A stretch of DNA of 32,000 nt, taken from assembly GCF_008065095.1 (NCBI RefSeq), contig NZ_CP042911.1, positions 1,410,001 through 1,442,000 on the forward strand. Direction: 5' to 3'. Shown one piece after another: positions 7,821 to 14,656 of the stretch. The notes beneath the pieces were generated by a model. The model was not told where the DNA came from. It did not search any database and was given only the letters and a program-made list of their open reading frames with translations. The stretch is from Gemmata obscuriglobus (GTDB lineage: Bacteria > Planctomycetota > Planctomycetia > Gemmatales > Gemmataceae). Numbering within the stretch: position 1 is the stretch's first letter; the number at the start of each line of letters is the position of its first letter. The position numbers and the translations under genes were made by a program.

Positions 7821-8576
7821 ATGACCGACCCCGAAGAGGCCGCCCTCCTTCGCGCCATCGGCGCGGCACCCGGCGAGTTCACGGCGCGGCTCGCGTACGC
7901 GGACTGGCTCGACGAGCACGGCCGCGGCCTCGAAGCCGCCTGGGTGCGCGACGAGGGCACGGCCCCGCCCCGGGTGACCGAACTCGGTGGCAGCGGCCAC
8001 GGCGAGGGCAAAGGCAACGGCGACGGCCAGAGCGACGGCTGCGACTACAGCGACGACGACGACCGTCACGGCGACGACGGCAGCCACGGGGACGGCTACG
8101 GCTACGGCTACGGCGGTCGCAGCTACAGCCACGGCGTCTACGGCCACGGCTACAGCAGCGGCCGCGGCGACGGCCACGGCTACGGCAGCGGCTTAGGCGG
8201 CCGCGGAATCGGCGTAGGCGAAGGGGACGGCGGCCGCGCCGGCCGCATCGCCACACGAAAGCTTCAACACCTGATCCCCCACGAGGAAGTTCCCATGCCG
8301 GTTTCGGGTGCGTATGTGATTGTGCGTTCGCGGGACCAGGGTTGCGTGTGCGGGGAGTACCGGGGCCACCACGGGCGCGAGGTGGTGCTGGGGAAGGCGC
8401 GTCAGATCTTCTCCTGGGAGGGCGGTCGGCTGACGCTATTCGACTTCGCGGTGGTGCCGGGTGCGTGCCGGCTGTCGCGTGAGGCGCCGGGCGAGGTGGT
8501 GATGCTGGAGGCGTGCGGGATCATCCCGACCACGGCTGCGGTGGAAGCGTTCCTGCGGGCGCACCCAGGGGAGTAG
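7821..8576 (+). CDS. TIGR02996-type N-domain / variable core / conserved C-domain protein (paralog P3)
   Basis: ATG 7821 lies 4 nt after the P2 stop. Conserved ends with a different, longer core (GHGEGKGNGDGQSDGCDYSDDDDRHGDDGSHGDGYGYGYGG...). Shares LQHLIPH with P4. Confidence 0.85.
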   Translation: MTDPEEAALLRAIGAAPGEFTARLAYADWLDEHGRGLEAAWVRDEGTAPPRVTELGGSGHGEGKGNGDGQSDGCDYSDDDDRHGDDGSHGDGYGYGYGGRSYSHGVYGHGYSSGRGDGHGYGSGLGGRGIGVGEGDGGRAGRIATRKLQHLIPHEEVPMPVSGAYVIVRSRDQGCVCGEYRGHHGREVVLGKARQIFSWEGGRLTLFDFAVVPGACRLSREAPGEVVMLEACGIIPTTAAVEAFLRAHPGE

Positions 8577-8580
8577 CACC

Positions 8581-8785
8581 ATGACCGACCCCGAAGAGGC
8601 CGCGCTGCTGGCCGCCATCATCGCCGCGCCCGCCGACGACACCCCGCGCCTCGTGTACGCCGACTGGCTCCAGGAGCAGGCCGCGGGATCGAAGCCGCCT
8701 GGGTGCGCGACGAGGGCACGGCCCCGCCCCGGGTGACCGACCTTGCCGGCGACGGTGAAGGCGCTGGCGCGGGCGAAGGGGGAGG
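8581..8785 (+). pseudogene. Chimeric, frameshifted remnant of a TIGR02996-family paralog
   Basis: 8581-8683 is near-identical to the 5' end of the 14657 gene (MTDPEEAALLAAIIAAPADDTPRLVYADWLQEQAA). At GGCCGC it switches, one base short, to the P1-P5-type sequence GGGATCGAAGCCGCCTGGGTGCGCGACGAGGGC...GGCGACGGTGAAGGCGCTGGCGCGGGCGAAGG. The original frame stops at about codon 46, and similarity is lost after ~8785. Confidence 0.75.
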
Positions 8786-8855
8786 GGTGTGTGGCACTGC
8801 GGCGGAAACCGCCCGCCGCCGGTACGGGAGCGCCGGGCGCTCCGGTCGCGCGGGC

Positions 8856-8883
8856 TTGACACGGGAGCGAATTTTACTATGCG
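8856..8883 (+). promoter_or_regulatory. Candidate sigma70-like promoter for the CHAT cassette (TTGACA, 16 nt, TATGCG)
   Basis: This is the only AT-richer patch between the paralog remnant and the first cassette gene. The -35 is perfect and the -10 is weak. Planctomycete promoter rules are poorly known. Confidence 0.2.
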
Positions 8884-8966
8884 GCGGAACCTGACTGCAT
8901 CCGCGGGTGGCGTGCGCTACGCTTGGTACGTTCGCCGTTCACTCCCAACCGTGGCTCGGGGGCAGA

Positions 8967-9302
8967 ATGTCCGACACCGCGCGCGTTGCCGAGCCGCTCA
9001 CGCTGGAACTCGACTTGCCCGGCCCGGCCGACGGGCGGTACGTGGCCCGCGCGGGAGTGCCGTTCGCGTTACGCGTGAGGGGCGACCTCGGTTCCCCGGT
9101 GCCCGCGGAGGTGCTGGTCCTCGGGGCCGGGGTGCGGGCGACGCCGGTGGGCCGCGACGTGCGGCTCCCCGCCGACGCCACCTTCCTTGTGTGCTGCTCG
9201 GCCGCGGGGCCGGCGCACCTACACGTCGAGCTGCTCGTCGGCGGGGAAGAGATGGCCTCCGCCGCGGCGTACCTGTCGGTGCTCCCCGCGCCGGTCGTAT
9301 GA
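8967..9302 (+). CDS. Small beta-rich (Ig/beta-sandwich-like) hypothetical protein, first gene of the CHAT cassette
   Basis: ATG 8967 in frame with track ORF 8907..9302. Alternating beta-strand-like segments (LTLELDL, FALRVRG, AEVLVLGAGVRATP, FLVCCSAAGPAHLHVELLVGG, AAAYLSVLP) resemble the C-terminal domain of the 9957 gene. Confidence 0.55.
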   Translation: MSDTARVAEPLTLELDLPGPADGRYVARAGVPFALRVRGDLGSPVPAEVLVLGAGVRATPVGRDVRLPADATFLVCCSAAGPAHLHVELLVGGEEMASAAAYLSVLPAPVV

Positions 9303-9405
9303 GCGTGCATTCGGCCGACCCTGTCTGGACGCCGGTTGCCAGTTCGACTATCACAAGGGTTTCCAGCCGACCTCTCCGACCGTGCCCTTGTCCGGAGTGA
9401 TCGCA

Positions 9406-9960
9406 ATGCCCATTCGCTCATCGACGGCCCGCGCGCTCCAGCTCGGTGCGGTGATCGCCACCGCGGAGCAGGTGCAGCAAGGTCTGCTTCACGGCCCCGA
9501 CATCACGCTCGGCAGCCGCGCGCGAGCCGCGGCGGGAATCGAAGAGGTCCGCACCCGGCTCCTCGCCGCGGCCCGCGACTTGGACCGGCGGGTGGGTGAG
9601 CGGCTCCGGTCGAGCGTGTCGTGGTGGGTCCAGTTCGTCCTGCTCGTCTTCTTGGTCGCGCTCGGGGTCGGGTTCGTGTTCGCGGCCGTGCGCCTCATGA
9701 CCAGTGAGGACCCGTCGAACTTAACGTACCTGTTCACCGTCGGCCCGCCGCCGCTGGTGGTCTTCCTTCTGAACCAGTTGCGGCGCATGGAGGTCGATCG
9801 GATCACCGTGAGCCTGCTGGCGGCCCGGTTCGTGCCCCGGATCGAGGCGGCCGGGTCGATCGCCGAACTGGAGGCGATCGCGCGCGAAATGTCCGACTCC
9901 TTGCGGCTCCTCACGAACGCGCCGCGCCCGGCCGCCCCGGGGGCAGGACCCCGAACATGA
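9406..9960 (+). CDS. Membrane protein with two predicted TM helices (hypothetical)
   Basis: ATG 9406 is preceded by GGAG (about 9 nt). Hydrophobic stretches WWVQFVLLVFLVALGVGFVFAAV and YLFTVGPPPLVVFLLNQL. The stop overlaps the next start (ATGA at 9957-9960). Confidence 0.6.
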   Translation: MPIRSSTARALQLGAVIATAEQVQQGLLHGPDITLGSRARAAAGIEEVRTRLLAAARDLDRRVGERLRSSVSWWVQFVLLVFLVALGVGFVFAAVRLMTSEDPSNLTYLFTVGPPPLVVFLLNQLRRMEVDRITVSLLAARFVPRIEAAGSIAELEAIAREMSDSLRLLTNAPRPAAPGAGPRT

Positions 9961-11375
9961 GCAAGAAGATCAAGGAGCTGGAGCTGAACAGCCTCCGCAA
10001 GACCTTCCAGGGCGTGCGGGACTTCGTGCTGCTGGAGCCGCTGAAGCTGGACTCCGCGGCCGACTACACGCTTCGCAAGAGCCTTCGCGAGAAGAAGGTT
10101 CGCGTGAAGATGGTCAAGAACAGCTTCGTGCGGAAGGTGTTCAGCGAGAACGGCATGACGGTGGAGACGGGCTCCGGCCCGACCCTTCTGTGCTGGGGGG
10201 CCGACAGCGCGAAGTCCCTCGGGACCGCGGTGGAGGCGGCTCTCAAGCTGATCCGCCCGGACCTGAAGGTGCCCGAGAAGGTCAAAGAGAAGGTCGGCAT
10301 CGCCGACGGCGAGACCATGACCCTGGCGCAGCTCGCCAAGGTGCCGACCAAGCAAGAGGCGATCGGCGAAGTCCTCGCCGCGGTGCTCGCGCCGGGCGCC
10401 GCGCTGGCCGGGGCGCTCACGGCGCCGGGTGCGGACCTCGCGGGCATCCTCAAGGCGGTCCAGGGCGTGCGGGCGCAGAGGACCCCCGCGGCCGTCGCGG
10501 TGGGGGCGACGGATTCGGCGTGGGCGAGTGAACCCGCCCCTTCTGTGCCGGGTCCGTTCGTGCGGCCGGCGGCCGGCGCGGGCGCCCGGTTGCCCTTGCC
10601 TTCTGTGCCGCGGCCGCCGAACAATGGTGTAGAGCCAGGGGCCGCTCCGGTCCGCTCTTCGGTTCGGAACGCGGAACCGGACCCGGAGGTCGCGCTGCGA
10701 GCGCTGGAGCGGTGGCTGCCGCTGTTGCACGGGATCGGCGCCGGACGGGCGCCGGAGCGCGTGCGCACGATCTGGGGCGAGCACGTCCGGAACGAGCTGT
10801 TCCGCAGCCCCCCGGCGGTCGCCTGGCTCGATCAGTGCTTGGCCGCCCGGCCGTCATTTGCACCTCAGAGGGCCGCGGCACTCGAGGCGCTGCGGCGGGT
10901 GCGGGCCGAGGTGCGGGACGAGTTGACCGGGTTGGGCGAACAACTCGCCCCTCAAGCGGAGGGAACATCGCCCCCCAACGGGGGAAGCGAAATGGATCAG
11001 TTCATCCTGGTTCTGGAGATCGGCGCGCGGGACGGCGGACCCTTGACCGTGGGGCACGAAGCGACCCTGCGGGCGGTGGTCGCGAAAGCTGACGTGGCGA
11101 ACACGGAAGATCACTACAACGGCCACTACAACTGGGTGCCGGCGGGGCCCGGGGAGGTGGTGGCGGTGCGGGTGTTCGCGACCGGCAGCCGGGTGCTCCC
11201 GGCCGAGCGGTACCTCTCGACGCCCCCGCAACCGGGCCAGTCCGTCGAGTTCACGTTCCGGCCCCGGGCCGCCGGCCGGCAGTACCTGCACCTGGCCCTC
11301 GTGGACCGGCACGACTCCGACGTGTACACGGCGTCCCAATACTTCACCGTCGAGCCGGCCGCCGCTGTCGGCTGA
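9957..11375 (+). CDS. Ribosomal protein uL10-like N-domain fused to a Pro/Ala-rich linker, a helical segment and a C-terminal beta-sandwich-like domain
   Basis: Residues 1-~170 follow uL10 by eye: VLLEPLKLDSAADYTLRKSLREKKVRVKMVKNSFVRKVF, GPTLLCWG, LAKVPTKQEAIGEVLAAVLAPGAALAGAL. No rplK/A/L or rpoB neighbours. The C-terminal 128 aa (from MDQFILVLEIG, nt 10992) are beta-rich. Confidence 0.7.
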   Translation: MSKKIKELELNSLRKTFQGVRDFVLLEPLKLDSAADYTLRKSLREKKVRVKMVKNSFVRKVFSENGMTVETGSGPTLLCWGADSAKSLGTAVEAALKLIRPDLKVPEKVKEKVGIADGETMTLAQLAKVPTKQEAIGEVLAAVLAPGAALAGALTAPGADLAGILKAVQGVRAQRTPAAVAVGATDSAWASEPAPSVPGPFVRPAAGAGARLPLPSVPRPPNNGVEPGAAPVRSSVRNAEPDPEVALRALERWLPLLHGIGAGRAPERVRTIWGEHVRNELFRSPPAVAWLDQCLAARPSFAPQRAAALEALRRVRAEVRDELTGLGEQLAPQAEGTSPPNGGSEMDQFILVLEIGARDGGPLTVGHEATLRAVVAKADVANTEDHYNGHYNWVPAGPGEVVAVRVFATGSRVLPAERYLSTPPQPGQSVEFTFRPRAAGRQYLHLALVDRHDSDVYTASQYFTVEPAAAVG

Positions 11376-11441
11376 GCCCGGCGCCGCGCGCCGCGAACGC
11401 GCGGCCTCGGCGCCCGCCACCCTTTCGGTCACGCCACCGTC

Positions 11442-12962
11442 ATGCTCCGCGCCCCCACGACCGCCGTTCTGTCGCCCCCCCCCCAGGAGCGGTCGCTCCG
11501 GGTGGATCTGTTCTACCGCGATCCGAGCGCCCCGAGCGCCTACGTGGTGCTCAACGTGCCGCTGGACCCGACGTACGGGACGGCGCACCGCGAGTACCTG
11601 GACCGGCACCGGTACGACACCTCGGACGGGAGCCCACCAACGGCCCTGTTCGAGGGCGTCGTCGACGGCTCGTTTGCGACCTTCCGGGACCTGATCCGCG
11701 CGGCACTGGACGCGCACGTGGAGGCCGCCCACCGCCGCGACCCGGCGCTGTACGCGCTGTACGATCCGGCCCTGCCGAGGGCCGGGGACCGGGAGCTGGG
11801 CGCGTTCTTGCGCCCGCTCGCGGTTCACGGGTACGAGATGTACCGGAACCTGTTCGAGCGGCTCGTCGGGGACCTGCGGGCGCCGAGCGACCTCCCGCCC
11901 GAGGAGCGGCCCGACTGGGACCAGACCGAGGCGCACGCGCTGGTCCGCGAGTACCTGGCGAGCGCCTCTCCCAAAGTGGTGTTCAAGGTGCCGCAAGAGG
12001 ACCGGGCGGACCCCGTCAACCGGCCGCACCTGCCGCCGCCGGCGGACCACTGGACCGAACCGTTCCCGTGGCGGCTCCTGTTCGACCGGCACCCCGACAA
12101 GTTGCCCGCCGCGCCCGACCTGTTCGGCCGGCGCCCCGACGAACTGCCCTCCGCGCCCGAGCTGGCGGCGGCGTGCTGGGGCCTGAAGTACCAGCTCGAG
12201 ACCGCCTTCAAGTGGACCCAGGGGCAGTCGACCCTGCGGGCGTTCGAGAATCGGCCGCCCCGGATCGTCGCGGCCACGTGCCCGTCGGCCGATCCGGCCG
12301 ATCGGCACCGCGATCGGGGCCACCCGTTCCAGCGGCCTGGGGTGGACACGACCCACCACGACCAACGGGACGACTTCCGCGCCGCCCTCCGCCACGTCGA
12401 CGCGGACGCGGTATCGTTCTTCGGCCACGCGGAGGTCGCACGGGCGAACGTGCAGACCGGCAGCTCGATCGAGTTCCGGCCCCCCCGGTCCGGCCCCGCG
12501 GACTGGGAGCAACTGACGGCCGCCGACATGGACGGGGCGAGGATCCCGAAGTACCAGCGCAAGCCGGTGCTGGTGTTCCTCAACGGGTGCGGGACCGGTC
12601 CGCTGGACGGGTTAGGACCGACGACCGTCTTCGGGCAGTTCACCAACAATGGGCCGGTCCGGGGGCACCGGGTGCGGTGCGTGGCGGTCGTCCACGAGGC
12701 GCCCATCACATTCGGGCTCGAACTGGGCCAGGAGTTCTGGAAGCAGGTGCTCCCCGCCGCACCGGGGGCGGGCGGGGAACCGGTGGGGGCGGCTCTGCTG
12801 GCCGCGCGGCAGCACATGGTCCGGGCGTACAACAACCCGCTCGGGGTGCTGTACGCGCTGTTCGGCGACGGCCTGTTGCGGTACCACCCGGGCGCGCCGT
12901 CACACGGGGCCATCGGGTCCGGCGGCCCGCCGGCGGGGCCGAGCGCCACGGCCGGCGCGTAG
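11442..12962 (+). CDS. CHAT-domain caspase-like cysteine protease
   Basis: His/Cys dyad context VSFFGHAEV ... (about 55 aa) ... KPVLVFLNGCGTGP, and the C-terminal NPLGVLYALFGDGLLRY typical of CHAT domain ends. Good third-position GC bias. Confidence 0.7.
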   Translation: MLRAPTTAVLSPPPQERSLRVDLFYRDPSAPSAYVVLNVPLDPTYGTAHREYLDRHRYDTSDGSPPTALFEGVVDGSFATFRDLIRAALDAHVEAAHRRDPALYALYDPALPRAGDRELGAFLRPLAVHGYEMYRNLFERLVGDLRAPSDLPPEERPDWDQTEAHALVREYLASASPKVVFKVPQEDRADPVNRPHLPPPADHWTEPFPWRLLFDRHPDKLPAAPDLFGRRPDELPSAPELAAACWGLKYQLETAFKWTQGQSTLRAFENRPPRIVAATCPSADPADRHRDRGHPFQRPGVDTTHHDQRDDFRAALRHVDADAVSFFGHAEVARANVQTGSSIEFRPPRSGPADWEQLTAADMDGARIPKYQRKPVLVFLNGCGTGPLDGLGPTTVFGQFTNNGPVRGHRVRCVAVVHEAPITFGLELGQEFWKQVLPAAPGAGGEPVGAALLAARQHMVRAYNNPLGVLYALFGDGLLRYHPGAPSHGAIGSGGPPAGPSATAGA

Positions 12963-13135
12963 CACCTCTGCACCACTGATCCGTGGGACACATCGTAGGG
13001 TCTTGGGCTGCCGGATCGCTCCTCATTTACGGGTACGACGCTGGTACACGAGACGGTGCTCGCCCGCGCGCGTGATCCCGGGCTCGTCGAGCGGCGCGCC
13101 GCCGGCACGTGGCGCCTGGAACCATCGGGGCGAGT

Positions 13136-13939
13136 ATGACCACCGACGAGGCCGCGCTGCTTCGCGCCATCGCCGCGCACCCGGGCGAGGTCACCGCGCG
13201 GCTCGCGTATGCGGACTGGCTCGACGAGCACGGCCGCGGGATCGAAGCCGCCTGGGTACGCGACGAGGGCACGGCCCCGTGGGTGACCGAACTCGGCGGC
13301 GGCGATGGTGACGGTGGCTGCGACGCCGACGGCACCGGCACCGGCGATGACCACGGCAGCGGTAACGGCGATGGTGACGGCGACGGCTACGGTGACAGCA
13401 ACGGCGACGGCTACGGCGACGGTACGAACTGCGGCGACGGCGCCGGCCGCGGTGACGGCCGCGGCTACGGCGCCGGCGGCGGGGGCAGCGAAATCCACGA
13501 CTACAGCATCCGCGGCGGCAACCACGGCTACGGCCGCGGCTACGGTTACTGCTACGGCGACAGCGACGGCGACGGCGACGGCAACGGTCAAGGCCACGGC
13601 TACAACCCCATCGCCGCGCACAATCTGCAACACCTGATCCCCCACCAGGAGGTTCACATGCCGGAGTCGGGTGCGTACGTGATCGTGCGTTCGCGGGATC
13701 AGGGTTGCGTGTGCGGTGAGTACCGGGGGCACCACGGCCGTGAGGTGGTGCTGGGGAAGGCGCGCCAGATCTACTCGTGGGAGGGCGGTCGGCTGACGCT
13801 GTTCGACTTCGCGGTGGTGCCGGGTCCGTGCCGGCTGTCGCGTGAGGCGCCCGGGGAGGTGGTGATGCTGGAGGCGTGCGGGATCATCCCGACCACGCCC
13901 GAGGTCGAGGCGTTCCTGCGGGCGCACCCGGGCGAGTGA
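13136..13939 (+). CDS. TIGR02996-type N-domain / variable core / conserved C-domain protein (paralog P4)
   Basis: ATG 13136 (MTTDEAALLRAIAAHPGEVTARLAYADWLDEHGRGIEAAWVRDEG). Longest core (GDGDGGCDADGTGTGDDHGSGNGDGDGDGYGDSNGDGYGDG...). Conserved C-terminal 93 aa. Confidence 0.85.
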   Translation: MTTDEAALLRAIAAHPGEVTARLAYADWLDEHGRGIEAAWVRDEGTAPWVTELGGGDGDGGCDADGTGTGDDHGSGNGDGDGDGYGDSNGDGYGDGTNCGDGAGRGDGRGYGAGGGGSEIHDYSIRGGNHGYGRGYGYCYGDSDGDGDGNGQGHGYNPIAAHNLQHLIPHQEVHMPESGAYVIVRSRDQGCVCGEYRGHHGREVVLGKARQIYSWEGGRLTLFDFAVVPGPCRLSREAPGEVVMLEACGIIPTTPEVEAFLRAHPGE

Positions 13940-13944
13940 CACCC

Positions 13945-14652
13945 ATGACCGACCCCGACGAAGCCACGCTGCTTCGCGCCATCGGCGCCTACCCGGGCGA
14001 GGTGACGGCCCGGCTCGCGTATGCGGACTGGCTCGACGAGCACGGCCGCGGCCTCGAAGCCGCCTGGGTGCGCGACGAGGGCACGGCCCCGCCGTGGGTG
14101 ACCGACCTTGCCGGTGACGGTGAAGGCGCTGGTGCGGGTGACGGCGGCGGCGATGGTGACAATGACCGCGGCCACGGCGACCTCAACAACGGCCCCGGCG
14201 ACGGCGCCGGCAGCGGTGAAGGCCGCGGCGGTTTCGGCTACTGCGACATCGCCGGCACCGGTAGCGGCTTGGAAGGCGGTTACGCCCGCGGCTACGGGAA
14301 CGGCGGGGGCTACGGCCACGGCGGCTACGGAACCCCAAACAAGCCCCACATTACACACGAGGAGTTTCCCATGCCTTCACCCGGTACGTATGTGATCGTG
14401 CGTTCGCGGGATCAGGGCTGCGTGTGCGGTGAGTACCGGGGTCACCACGGGCGGGAAGTGGTGCTGGGGAAGGCGCGTCAGATCTACTCGTGGGAGGGCG
14501 GTCGTCTGACGCTGTTCGACTTCGCGGTGGTGCCGGGGCCGTGCCGCCTCTCCCGTGAGGCGCCGGGGGAGGTGGTGATGCTGGAGGCGTGCGGGATCAT
14601 CCCGACGACGCCCGAGGTGGAAGCGTTCCTGCGAGCGCACCCGGGCGAGTAG
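13945..14652 (+). CDS. TIGR02996-type N-domain / variable core / conserved C-domain protein (paralog P5, near-twin of P2)
   Basis: ATG 13945 lies 5 nt after the P4 stop. Core and ends are nearly identical to P2. Confidence 0.85.
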   Translation: MTDPDEATLLRAIGAYPGEVTARLAYADWLDEHGRGLEAAWVRDEGTAPPWVTDLAGDGEGAGAGDGGGDGDNDRGHGDLNNGPGDGAGSGEGRGGFGYCDIAGTGSGLEGGYARGYGNGGGYGHGGYGTPNKPHITHEEFPMPSPGTYVIVRSRDQGCVCGEYRGHHGREVVLGKARQIYSWEGGRLTLFDFAVVPGPCRLSREAPGEVVMLEACGIIPTTPEVEAFLRAHPGE

Positions 14653-14656
14653 CACC

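Noticed and set aside
10854-13942. Minus-strand ORFs 10854..12512 (552 aa) and 11825..13942 (705 aa)
   Set aside because: Antisense to the uL10-like, CHAT and P4 genes, which have recognisable domains. The AVAVAV stretches simply mirror the GGC-GAC triplet repeats.
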